This document shows, piece after piece, positions 49,705 to 58,946 of a stretch of 64,000 nucleotides of DNA. The notes beneath the pieces are model-generated. The model was given only the letters and a program-made list of their open reading frames with translations, was not told the DNA's origin and did no database searches. The position numbers and the translations under genes were made by a program. The stretch is from a virus: IMG/VR virus record IMGVR_UViG_3300031951_000010. One strand, given 5' to 3'. Each line of letters starts with the position of its first letter. Position 1 is the first letter of the stretch.

Positions 49705-50123
49705 AATGGTTTCCTCGATTTGCATGGCTGAAGAAGAATGGATTCACTTACAGGCAGGTCGAGGAATTTTCTATTCCTTTGATTGATGATTGTGTGGCGA
49801 AATTGTGTGCAGCTACGGGCACTCCGATTGTCATCAGTAGTGTTTTACTGGGCGGTAAGTTAAGTGTTCGTGGCCGCTTGATTCGTCAAGTTAGGGTTGA
49901 TGCTCGCGAGATTGATGGCTTTGATCGAGATACTCTGCCTCAGAGCGCGATCAAGTATTTCGATCAGTACGTGAATAGTGCTTCACAATCGGAGTTGCGT
50001 TACTCTGGCGAGTTTAATTGGGCTTTAATTGATTTGGATAATCGGACTGTTCAGCATATTCTTGGGCAATATGCTGAACATCTTCGCGTCCTTCATCCTG
50101 GTTGCGAGTTTATTGTAATTTAA
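49701..50123 (+). CDS. Hypothetical protein (related to the C-terminal part of 59911)
   Basis: Shared RYSG..NW.L and ..P(G)..I tail. Confidence 0.6.
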   Translation: MKWFPRFAWLKKNGFTYRQVEEFSIPLIDDCVAKLCAATGTPIVISSVLLGGKLSVRGRLIRQVRVDAREIDGFDRDTLPQSAIKYFDQYVNSASQSELRYSGEFNWALIDLDNRTVQHILGQYAEHLRVLHPGCEFIVI

Positions 50124-50556
50124 CCGCGAGTCCTTGTTCAACTTCTTTTACATATCTATCAAAGAAGTTGGCTGTGATTCTTTTCATAATCGCAGGAGTG
50201 ATTTCTTGTCCATGTGCCACTGCGTTATAAATCTCTGGCAATTCATTGAAATCCTTTTCATACATACTTGGCATAACCATATCTTCCGCTGTCGCTGATT
50301 GAATAATATTCACAATAATGATTGGGTTTCTTTCTATTTCGTCGATCAGAAAGCGATAAGCATGCTTTTTGATATGATATAGAACTTGAATATAGTCATC
50401 TTCCTGGATGTTGTCTGTGGAGAGGTCACAAATGGTTCCCCCGATCAATTTAACCAAAACTTCGCTCATTTGCTGCATTTGCATTATGTATTTGTTTGTG
50501 ACAGGAAAAATAGGGGATTTTTTGGAATACATAGTGGAGAGGACAGGAGAAGAACA

Positions 50557-51276
50557 ATGGCTCTTACAACTGCAAGTACATTTCAACCTATCGCTGAGGC
50601 CATTGGCGCAGCTGATCACAACATACAGAGCACTTTAGACTTGGGTTCTGCCAGCAGCGCGGCGTCTAAGATTACAGATGCTCGCGAAGCGATTGGGGCT
50701 GAATCCCTTTTGGCAGCCGTGGCTGACTTTGACGACATGAACACTTATGAGACGTCGATGCGCACATTGGAAAAGGACTTGGTTACACGTGTTCAACCAG
50801 CCGTGGCTGCTGCGATCACAGCGACACAAGTCTATTTCCTTGCGGAAACGGGCGCAAATTTTAGAGATTATTTTAATGCAACTACTAGTGGGAAAACATT
50901 TACATTTAACACGGACTTCAATCGATTCCGCACTGCCTGGCGCAGAGTAAGAAATGAAGAGTTAATCGTTCCCATTGGTAGTGTTACTCGATCTGCTGGT
51001 GTTTGGCCGACGTCCTTGACCACCGAGCAAACATTCTCTTTGCCCAGTTTGCTTGAAGTTCGTGCTGGTAGTTTGATCGGGGCTGCTGCGATCACTCTGA
51101 ATTTGACTTGTGTGCGTGCTGATGGGACAAATGATCTGATCGTTTTGAGCATCCCTGCCGCTACGCCCGATGGAACTCGCTTTTCTATTGGTGGGACGCA
51201 GAAATACACGAGTGTTACAACGGTCACTGCAACTGGTGGCACGAACGCTGATGTGCTCGAAGTCTGGATTCGTTAA
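50557..51276 (+). CDS. Probable virion structural protein
   Basis: A/T/G/V-rich 239 aa, strong SD, own terminator at 51302-51330. Confidence 0.55.
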   Translation: MALTTASTFQPIAEAIGAADHNIQSTLDLGSASSAASKITDAREAIGAESLLAAVADFDDMNTYETSMRTLEKDLVTRVQPAVAAAITATQVYFLAETGANFRDYFNATTSGKTFTFNTDFNRFRTAWRRVRNEELIVPIGSVTRSAGVWPTSLTTEQTFSLPSLLEVRAGSLIGAAAITLNLTCVRADGTNDLIVLSIPAATPDGTRFSIGGTQKYTSVTTVTATGGTNADVLEVWIR

Positions 51277-51372
51277 TTTTCTTGATCATGAGTCGATAGC
51301 AGAAGGGCGGAGATTTTCTCCGTCCTTTTTAATTTTCCCCTATTTTTCTAGGCTTTATTTGATATATAAAAC

Positions 51373-51648
51373 ATGAACGAAGTTTCAGAAAATCAAATTA
51401 TCGTAGATTGTTATGTTTATGAACAGGACCCTAATATGTGGTGTGTTCAGGGGCATCTGGTGACTGGAGGATTGTCTATGATGTTTACGGATGGTCTTGT
51501 AGACTGCACTGAGCATTTTGACGTGTATGTTGACCATTTGCGCACAATGGCCGAAAGCCTTGGAATCCCTTTTGTTCTTGAAAAAGATGCCGTAGAGATT
51601 CGGCAAGAACTGGAAGAAGAAGAAATGGGAGAAGAAAATCATGATTAA
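51373..51648 (+). CDS. Hypothetical protein
   Basis: Fronted by the promoter motif. Confidence 0.6.
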   Translation: MNEVSENQIIVDCYVYEQDPNMWCVQGHLVTGGLSMMFTDGLVDCTEHFDVYVDHLRTMAESLGIPFVLEKDAVEIRQELEEEEMGEENHD

Positions 51649-52041
51649 GGTCGGGCAAGTTGTTTACAACCGTGACAAATCTGAGGTTGGTGTTACCACT
51701 GGTTCTGGTCGTCGTTGTCAATCAAGTGGATGTTCTGGGTTTTGGATTATGGTTCGGTGGGATGATGGGAAAGTCACATGGCCTTGTCTAAAAGGAATGA
51801 AATTTGACCCTGATGCGAACTCTTGGCAAATTCTGTAAAAAATCCCCTTTCTTCTTGATTGTGATCGGATATATAAAGTATGCGATTTAAGATTATTGAT
51901 TTCAAGCCGTACTTCATTTTCGATGATGAAGATGAAGCCTATGGTTTTTACAATCGGATTCCCCGTTCTTTGCGGCGATTCTTCTTCTTTCAGTGTGTGG
52001 GCGGATATTACAACGCGGTGACGCTTCGCTACTAAGAAAAT

Positions 52042-52653
52042 ATGACTTACATTGTTAAGCCTTTGTGGGAAATCATGGTCCCCTATGTTATGGGCGATCA
52101 TGATGGAACAAATCCTGATTTACCGAAAAGAAATCGCAACATTCCCGTTCCCTATCATCAAGAATGGGATGAGTTTGTTCGCAATGTGACAGGCGGCTTA
52201 ACGATTCATCGCGCTGCTCGTGGTCAGTGGGAAGATCGTGACGGAAAACTTTACAAGGAAATTATGATTCCTGTGCGGATTGCTTGCACACAAGAGCAGA
52301 TCGCGGAAATCGCGGAATTTACAATTCAGCATTACAAGCAGAAGGCAGTTTTCGTTACCCTTGTTAGCGAAAAGACTCTGATCTTTTATGCCGATGGTGA
52401 AGCTCCTGAGCCAGACCCCAACACTATCGTTGCCGTGGCGTTTTACTGGGATGACTTGGAAGATATTGGTGGTTGGTGCTCCGATCTCAGTAAGGAAAGC
52501 CTCGATTATGAACGCAAAGAGTCCCCTGGCTTACGCTTCAAGCCCATCTATGCCAGCGATAAAGGACGATGGGAAAACGACATGGAAGATTGGACGTCAG
52601 ATTGGATAAATGAGCTTTGCTCTCGTCCTTTTGTATTTGATAAAAATGATTAA
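52042..52653 (+). CDS. Hypothetical protein
   Basis: WEIMVP...WDEFVR..TGGLTI...G.W..E.MIPVRI phage-type domain. Confidence 0.7.
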   Translation: MTYIVKPLWEIMVPYVMGDHDGTNPDLPKRNRNIPVPYHQEWDEFVRNVTGGLTIHRAARGQWEDRDGKLYKEIMIPVRIACTQEQIAEIAEFTIQHYKQKAVFVTLVSEKTLIFYADGEAPEPDPNTIVAVAFYWDDLEDIGGWCSDLSKESLDYERKESPGLRFKPIYASDKGRWENDMEDWTSDWINELCSRPFVFDKND

Positions 52654-53128
52654 GCCTCAGAAACCAAGTGCCCGATTAGGATGGATAGCGCCGAATGGTG
52701 ATTGGTATCCATGCGCTTATACTGCTCATCGACATTTAGCCTCGATCATTGGGCAGAATCTATTCCCAGACACATACTTTCATGACGAACTTCTTTTAGA
52801 GCAAAATGGATGGGTTTCTGTTCGATCTGGTGGCATGATTAGTAATGGCAAAATGATCACGCCCGATCAGATGAATACATTAAGGCTAATCGTGGAAGAA
52901 TTTGAATACATGGAAAGTGAAAATCCTAATATAAGTTGGGATGAAGAACTCTGTCGTAATCCAGAACTATATTTTCGCGTCCGCTGTTTCACTATGCCAA
53001 CAGAAGGCATGAAGGCCAGCTTTGCCAAAACACTACGATCACGATTTGATTACTTATCGGGGAATGATCATTCCTTGGTTGAAGAATCAAGATTGTCACG
53101 AAGAAATAACGTTCATCCAGGGGATTAA
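52610..53128 (+). CDS. Hypothetical protein
   Basis: GWIAPNGDWYPC...H motif; start probably MIKPQ. Confidence 0.6.
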   Translation: MSFALVLLYLIKMIKPQKPSARLGWIAPNGDWYPCAYTAHRHLASIIGQNLFPDTYFHDELLLEQNGWVSVRSGGMISNGKMITPDQMNTLRLIVEEFEYMESENPNISWDEELCRNPELYFRVRCFTMPTEGMKASFAKTLRSRFDYLSGNDHSLVEESRLSRRNNVHPGD

Positions 53129-53169
53129 AATATCCCCTTTCTTTTTGATTGTGATCGGATATATAAACC

Positions 53170-53529
53170 ATGGACTACAAGATCGAATTAAATGAATATT
53201 CTGGAATGCTTGTGGGGAATAGATGGTACGAGATTGACATCTTCTATTTAAGCGGCGGATGTTTCGTAGTTGCCATTAACTTTTTGGGATTTTATTCAAA
53301 AGGAACAAAATTGTCTCAGCACGGCAAAAAAGAAGTTGTTAAGAAGGCTTGTGGCTCGGTCAATGATGTGAAAGATTTTGTTTTGGCACATTTTGAAATG
53401 GAACAATCCACACATGGTGGTGATGTTGAATTCACTGGGGCGATGATTGATAATGAAGTCCTGACCAAAAGCAAAATCCTTGGTTTTTCGCGGCGCGAAA
53501 TTGTTATCCCTTCTGCGAGCTGCTGTTAA
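53170..53529 (+). CDS. Hypothetical protein
   Basis: Fronted by the promoter motif. Confidence 0.6.
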   Translation: MDYKIELNEYSGMLVGNRWYEIDIFYLSGGCFVVAINFLGFYSKGTKLSQHGKKEVVKKACGSVNDVKDFVLAHFEMEQSTHGGDVEFTGAMIDNEVLTKSKILGFSRREIVIPSASCC

Positions 53530-54452
53530 CTTTTTTGATTATCATCATTAGGGTTGGGATCGGGGAAGTTTTCTTGATCTTGAACAAAGTCTCTCAAATC
53601 TTCGGTTCGATTAAACCATCCTGGGTTTGCTTTGGCATGAGGTCTCGTCTTCAAATAGGCCTCTCGAAGATTCGTGATTTTAATTGCCAGCTCTTGGTCT
53701 TTTTCAGGTGTACTTGCGTATTCCCACGTAAGTTTCATCGTTGCAGGCCCAAGAACGCCTGTTTGTGGAGCCCCGACAATTCTTTGAAGCAGCCTTATAG
53801 CCCTTGTTGTTCCCCCATGATATCCCCAGTCGGCGAGGGCCACAGCAGTTCTTTCAGGAAGTTCATTTCCTCGAATGGGGTTCCAATACATCTTTTCCAT
53901 AATTTTATGGGCTTCATTCGGGGTCATTTTTCTCACGCTTTGTCTTGGTAAATCCATCGAATCTCGCCATTGATTGTATGTGTTTTGTGTGACGCCCATG
54001 TTTGTGGCCCCGCCTGGGTCAGCGGATTTCTTTCTGTGGACAAATCCGCCTTCTGCTGGCAGCGTGAATTGTTTGAATTTTTTCAGATCGCCACGATTTG
54101 GTTTAACTTGTTTTGCTGGAGCTGGTTTAGTTGCTTGTTGTGGTGCAATAGGCTTGGATGTCTCTTTTCTGATCGGTTCTGGTGCTTTGGCTGCTGGCTG
54201 AACAAATTCTGTCGTGATCTTAACTGGTTCTCGATTTGAATCATAAGCGGGCGTCATTAATGCTTGGCCTGCAAGCATTGCTGGCACGCCGTACATCAGC
54301 GCTTTTGCAAATGGGTTTGTTCGTTTTTTTCTTGATTGAGCAAGTTTAACTGCGATGTCGTCAAGATAGTCAGCCTCTGTATAATGCCCGATATTATCAA
54401 GATGGCTGGCTATTCTATTCAGCTCTCCGATCATAGCAGTAACGTCTCTCAT
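53526..54452 (-). CDS. GH108 lysozyme with peptidoglycan-binding tail and N-terminal extension
   Basis: EGGFV...DPGGATNMGVT, YW..I, D.G...AIRLLQ..VG...G..GP.T, GW.NR; start set at MRDVT. Confidence 0.88.
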   Translation of the reverse strand: MRDVTAMIGELNRIASHLDNIGHYTEADYLDDIAVKLAQSRKKRTNPFAKALMYGVPAMLAGQALMTPAYDSNREPVKITTEFVQPAAKAPEPIRKETSKPIAPQQATKPAPAKQVKPNRGDLKKFKQFTLPAEGGFVHRKKSADPGGATNMGVTQNTYNQWRDSMDLPRQSVRKMTPNEAHKIMEKMYWNPIRGNELPERTAVALADWGYHGGTTRAIRLLQRIVGAPQTGVLGPATMKLTWEYASTPEKDQELAIKITNLREAYLKTRPHAKANPGWFNRTEDLRDFVQDQENFPDPNPNDDNQKS

Positions 54453-54737
54453 ATTGGGCAATCTCCAGAACTTATATTTGGCGAAAATTCTGGCTCTCAC
54501 CTTTGAGGCTAGACGACATTTGAAAAATCCCTTATTTTCGAGGTTCTGATCGGATATATGAGCTATGGACATTTTGCGTTCGCCTATGACTCTCAAACAA
54601 ATCATTTCCATGTCTGAGAATGATGAAAATGGCTACGTTCATGGAATTGTGCCCTTTTCGCTTGATGAAATCATGAACAACGATTTCGAGGGTATGATGG
54701 ATTTGTTTTCGGAAAGACTCACTGCCACTGATCTTTA

Positions 54738-55013
54738 ATGGATATTCATTACGAGGCTGTTGGCTTTGCTAATGGAATGATCTTGATTAAAGTTACTGGC
54801 GACCCTGAAACGATCATTGAGGGTGAATTTGGTCTAAAGGATGAGTTTCCCTACAATCTTCAACCTGGCGACGAGGTTACTTGGAACGACCCCGATGATG
54901 GCCTTTGCAGTGTCACAGGTATTATTTCTGAGATTGAGTGGAATGGCGACTCTGCAACAATCATGTTTACCTCTGGTCAAGAGATTGAAGTATTGGCAGG
55001 AGAGCTTTCGTGA
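54738..55013 (+). CDS. Hypothetical protein
   Basis: GDEV.WNDPD.G.CS..G.I motif. Confidence 0.6.
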   Translation: MDIHYEAVGFANGMILIKVTGDPETIIEGEFGLKDEFPYNLQPGDEVTWNDPDDGLCSVTGIISEIEWNGDSATIMFTSGQEIEVLAGELS

Positions 55014-55540
55014 AGATTACTAAGTTTGCAGACATTCCTCAATACACCCGAGGGGCAAATTACGCAGTTAATGTTCCCTGGAGCCACTTGGAACGTGCGC
55101 TTGAAGCTTACAATGAGGGATGCACTAATCTTTATCTGGACCCTGATTTCCAACGCGGTCATGTCTGGTCACTTGATAAGAAGATTGCTTATGTTACATA
55201 CATTCTTCGCGGTGGTCAAGGCAGTCGTGAAATTAAGTTCAATCATCCTAATTGGTCAAATAGTGTCAAAGGAGATATGGTTCTTGTTGACGGTAAACAA
55301 AGACTTGAGGCTGTTCGTGGATTTCTTAGAGATGAATTCCCAATTTATGGTAGCTTGTTCAGTGAATTTACTGATGAATTGCGAATCATGCGATGCGATT
55401 TTGTTTTCCAAGTGAATGATTTGAAAACCAGAGAGGAAGTTTTACAATGGTATCTTGACTTGAATAGCGGTGGTGTTGTTCACACCGAAGAAGAGCTTAA
55501 TCGAGTCAGAGAAATGCTTGAAAAGGAAAAGGGGAATTAA
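55010..55540 (+). CDS. DUF262 / ParB-like domain protein
   Basis: LDPDFQRGHVW...VLVDGKQRLEA...LN.GG. Confidence 0.85.
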   Translation: MKITKFADIPQYTRGANYAVNVPWSHLERALEAYNEGCTNLYLDPDFQRGHVWSLDKKIAYVTYILRGGQGSREIKFNHPNWSNSVKGDMVLVDGKQRLEAVRGFLRDEFPIYGSLFSEFTDELRIMRCDFVFQVNDLKTREEVLQWYLDLNSGGVVHTEEELNRVREMLEKEKGN

Positions 55541-55580
55541 AAAATCCCCTTTTTCAGAATAATGATCGGATATAAGAAGC

Positions 55581-55928
55581 ATGAGTGAAGATTTTTTGAA
55601 CGGTTTTGCTATCGGTGCTGTTGCGATTATAGTTATTTGGGTTTGCTCGGCAATTAAGGCGAGTATTCCAAAACCTACAAACATGGGGTGGCTCGATGGA
55701 TCGGGTGATTGGATTGAGGTGGTTCGTATCGGTCACTCAGGAGTGACTGTGCGACATTGTGGGTATAATTCACGTAATTCACACTGGACATTTAGGCGCT
55801 GTGCAGAAGATGCTGGCTGGCCTCTTTCCAAGATGCTTGATTACCTGGGCCTTCCCGATGAAAAGACACTCAAGGAAGCTGACATGACCATGGGTGAATG
55901 GCTTTCACAAAAAAATAAAAATTCTTGA
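55581..55928 (+). CDS. Membrane-anchored hypothetical protein (paralog of 56430)
   Basis: CA.DAGW...M.D.LGLPDE..LKE..MT.GEWL. Confidence 0.7.
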   Translation: MSEDFLNGFAIGAVAIIVIWVCSAIKASIPKPTNMGWLDGSGDWIEVVRIGHSGVTVRHCGYNSRNSHWTFRRCAEDAGWPLSKMLDYLGLPDEKTLKEADMTMGEWLSQKNKNS

Positions 55929-55956
55929 AACTTTTCAAAGGTGATCGCCGTATAAC
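55927..55956 (+). promoter_or_regulatory. Promoter variant of an attenuated tRNA operon
   Basis: GAAACTTTT...GGTGATCGCCGTATAA; CGYCGTATAA also precedes the leaders at 1709(-) and 61725. Confidence 0.7.
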
Positions 55957-55996
55957 AAAAGAACATACACAAAGCAAAAGCTTTAAGGACACAATT

Positions 55997-56065
55997 ATGA
56001 CTCGCCGATATCTTTCACTGCTAGGACTCTTATCGCTTTCTCTTGAGAAAGCGGCGATTAGCTGA
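55997..56065 (+). CDS. Leu-rich attenuator leader peptide MTRRYLSLLGLLSLSLEKAAIS
   Basis: AAGGA SD; 7 Leu codons (6 CTN); 3' 20 nt complementary to the terminator 5' arm. Confidence 0.82.
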   Translation: MTRRYLSLLGLLSLSLEKAAIS

Positions 56066-56086
56066 TAGATTTTGCGATCAGTGTTT

Positions 56087-56127
56087 AATCCCCGATTTCT
56101 CTCAAGGAGTCGGGGATTTTTGTTTTT
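56087..56127 (+). terminator. Attenuator terminator upstream of tRNA-Leu genes
   Basis: AATCCCCGA...TCGGGGATT followed by TTTGTTTTT. Confidence 0.88.
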
Positions 56128-56138
56128 GCGTTTCACAT

Positions 56139-56223
56139 ACCGCTCTGGAGTAGCCAAACTTGCTACAGGCAACAGTCTTAGAAACTGTCTCTTTTCTGGG
56201 TTGGAATCCCAGGGGCGGTACCA
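56139..56223 (+). tRNA. Atypical tRNA-Leu(TAG)-like RNA
   Basis: ACCGCTC/GGGCGGT-A-CCA; ACAGT-CTTAGAA-ACTGT; T-loop TTGGAAT; GTAGC/GCTAC D-stem; no long variable arm. Confidence 0.7.
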
Positions 56224-56274
56224 ATATTGACAATAGAATAGAGGAAAGAGAAAATAGATTTTCGAGTGATAAAT

Positions 56275-56361
56275 GCGGACGTGGCGGAATTGGTTTACGC
56301 GCTACTTTGAGATGGTAGTCCCCGATTGGGGGTGTGGGTTCGAGTCCCACCGTCCGCACCA
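56275..56361 (+). tRNA. tRNA-Leu(GAG)
   Basis: Canonical type II cloverleaf, loop TTGAGAT, CCA. Confidence 0.93.
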
Positions 56362-56429
56362 AAAATCCCTCAAATTTTCGAGCCGCGATTGTATATATGA
56401 ATTATGAATGATTTTCATGGGAGTGCTCT

Positions 56430-56786
56430 TTGTCTAGTTGGCTGATCGGGTTGATTATCACGTTCTTTGTGATTTATTTTTTCTTCGGGAGTCAAAACCT
56501 TGATGATGAAGAAGAAGATTTAGAGTACTTACATTCTTGGAAAGATGGAAATGGCTTTACGACTAAAGTAATCCAAATCGGTCACGATAAGATCGTTGTA
56601 GAAAATTTTAGCAGAAAGCGCGGGCGAAAAGTTCGGGTGTGGACTGTTGAAGAATGCGCCAAAGACGCAGGATGGTCAGTTGAAAAGATGAGAGATCATC
56701 TTGGCCTTCCCGATGAAAGCGCTTTAAAAGAAGTTGAAATGACTCTTGGCGAGTGGCTTCACGAAAAGAATCAACATCAAAGATAG
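56430..56786 (+). CDS. Membrane-anchored hypothetical protein (paralog of 55581)
   Basis: Shared C-terminal block; start ambiguous (the promoter-predicted ATG at 56404 is out of frame). Confidence 0.6.
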   Translation: MSSWLIGLIITFFVIYFFFGSQNLDDEEEDLEYLHSWKDGNGFTTKVIQIGHDKIVVENFSRKRGRKVRVWTVEECAKDAGWSVEKMRDHLGLPDESALKEVEMTLGEWLHEKNQHQR

Positions 56787-56840
56787 AACCGATCAGTAAA
56801 AAATCCCCTGTTTTCGTGGGGGATTTTTGATAGATAAAGC

Positions 56841-57966
56841 ATGGCAACACGAGGCTGGGAGCCCACAGACTACAATCCGAACATTATTCGTGATGTTTCT
56901 AATCGAACCATTGAAGAATTTGAAAACGATATTCGATTTTCTCGTGACTGGGGCTTCGTACAAAGTTATGGCCTTGAAAGAGCTACTCAGCTTCTGGGTC
57001 GAGCCCCAGATACCCGAGCAGTTGAATTCTTTAATGAGTTCATGTCTCAGTATTCCCGAGCCGTCGAGCTTATGGAACAGCTAGGCATCAAAAAGAAGAT
57101 TCTGAAAAAATTCAAGCGATATCCGATTGCTCCTTGTCTTTATGCTGATTTGAATGAAGAATGTAATGATGTATTGACGGGATCGAAAATCGGTGGAATT
57201 CCTGACCAGCGCCAAGCTGGAAGTGCGCTGTCTTCAAGGCAATATTGTTAGTCGCATCAAGGCAGCTTGGCCCAAGGATTCAAATGGTAAATATATGATA
57301 TTCGTTGGCCAAATCAAAGTGCCTGGACACATCGTCGCTCCCTGGGATTATATCATGGGCGAGAAAATAGACAAGTATGGAAATTATGATCGACCTCTTA
57401 ATGGGTTTAGCCACGGGCAGAACATTTTTGAACAAGAGCATACTTATTTAATTTTTCGCAGTGCGCATGCACCAAATTTTGGAGACATGTTCGATTGTGC
57501 GATGGTGCATTCTCGCTTCGATGCCAATGAATCGGTAAAGGAAGATAAATATATTGAGGCTGTGAAAAAAGCTATTCCGCAGTATCGCCGAAGCAACATG
57601 GAAGACAATTGTCCAATTTGGAGTGATCGGTGTCACACGCTAACTGATTACCGAGTTAGCATGACGCTTGATTTAATTCGCGACTTTGAATGGGCAGGTG
57701 GGTTTGAAGGCAATGTATTTGATTACATAGATTCGTGGAGAGAACACTTCGGTTCTTATGGCACAATTCAAATTTTTGGCGATCCAAGATCACAACAGAC
57801 CCCACAGCGATTTGCTGAAACACGCACTGTTTACCGTCCTCGAATGATGCGCCCGTGGCTTGGAATGACAGACCTAAAGCACGATTACACTTGGCAATAT
57901 AATTTTTGTCACGAAGGTTTTCTGAGTGAATCAATTATGGGCAAAGTTGATGGAAGCTGTACCTAA
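56841..57966 (+). pseudogene. YwqG/DUF1963-like gene split by a frameshift (56841..57251 + 57193..57966)
   Basis: GSKIGGIPD in one frame continues as WPK...MIFVGQI in the +1 frame. Confidence 0.5.
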
Positions 57967-58010
57967 TTAAAAATCCCCTGTTTTTCATGGGGGATTTTGA
58001 TATATAAGGC

Positions 58011-58412
58011 ATGGCTGATTATTACACCCATTTTTCCTTTGTCGTTGACGTTAAGAATCGTGAACAAGCAGACGGTTTGAAGAAAATGCTCACCCAGGCC
58101 AAAAATGAAGAGCTAAATGAAGAAACTTTGTACACTCCTTGGAGTTGTGAAACTAAGGACGATTTAACTAGCTTTTGGTTTCACTCTGATGATTGTGGTC
58201 AGGTTGATCTTATTGTTGACATTTTGGCTAAATGGCAAGAAGACTTCAATTACGATCAGCCCATTTGTTTTGAGTGGGCGAATACTTGTAGTAAGCCCAA
58301 ACTGGATGCTTTTGGTGGTGGGTCAGTTCTGATTTACAAGGGCGAAGCTCATTACACGAACACTTTTGATTGGTTGACTAAAAAGAAAGCCGAACTTGGA
58401 ATCGTTGACTGA
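58011..58412 (+). CDS. Hypothetical protein
   Basis: MADYYTHFSF...FEWANTCSKPKLDAFGGG phage-type family. Confidence 0.75.
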   Translation: MADYYTHFSFVVDVKNREQADGLKKMLTQAKNEELNEETLYTPWSCETKDDLTSFWFHSDDCGQVDLIVDILAKWQEDFNYDQPICFEWANTCSKPKLDAFGGGSVLIYKGEAHYTNTFDWLTKKKAELGIVD

Positions 58413-58457
58413 CTAAAAAATCCCCTGTTTTTCAATAGGGGATTTGATATATCAATT

Positions 58458-58594
58458 GTGCCAAGAAGCACTTGAAGTGCAGTCTACGGATATGCCTTAT
58501 TAGGGCATGTGATTACTGCGTAGGAAGGACAGGGTGTAATGAAGTACGGTCGCGACGAAAAGTTACATCGGGTTAAAATCCCAACTTGGCACCA
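58458..58594 (+). ncRNA. 137-nt tRNA-like RNA
   Basis: Starts at the promoter-predicted +1; GTGCCAAG/CTTGGCAC terminal stem, ends ...CCA; GCAC-N5-GTGC-AGT arm; GGG-TTAAAAT-CCC T-like arm. Confidence 0.65.
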
Positions 58595-58616
58595 AATTGA
58601 AAAATGAGAATCTAAT

Positions 58617-58917
58617 CGGGGCGTGGCGAAATGGCAGACGCAGGGGACTTATAAAATGAGCACTTGTTTGTGAAAGCTGCAAGTGAATGCAATCAAATTC
58701 GGTGAAACCTTAACAGTTAGGCTGATGGCAATACCGAGCCAAGCTAACTCAAAACAGAGTTAGAAGGTGTAGAGACTAGATGGTTGCTGCCTAAGTCGAA
58801 AGATATGGCAAAGGTATAGTCCAGACCACAAAATCCTTTGGGATCGTAGTGAAAGCTATAGTGGTATGAAAATCCCTTAGTAGCAATACTGTGTGGGTTC
58901 GAGTCCCACCGCCCCGA
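58617..58917 (+). tRNA. tRNA-Leu(TAA) with group I intron
   Basis: Exons 58617-58650 and 58869-58917 rebuild loop CTT|AAAA; CCA not encoded. Confidence 0.9.
58651..58868 (+). ncRNA. Group I intron (trnL/IC3-like), 218 nt, no ORF
   Basis: P AAATTCGGTGAAAC, Q AATACCGAGC, R GTGTAGAGACTAGATGG, S AAGGTATAGTCC; terminal G; inserted after U34. Confidence 0.9.
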
Positions 58918-58946
58918 TTAGGTTATATATTGATTACTAATGCGCT

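Noticed and set aside
55997-56223. tmRNA tag reading of the Leu leader plus tRNA-like RNA
   Set aside because: It has an ATG and SD, no tmRNA acceptor stem or ALAA-type tag, and an attenuator explains the structure better.
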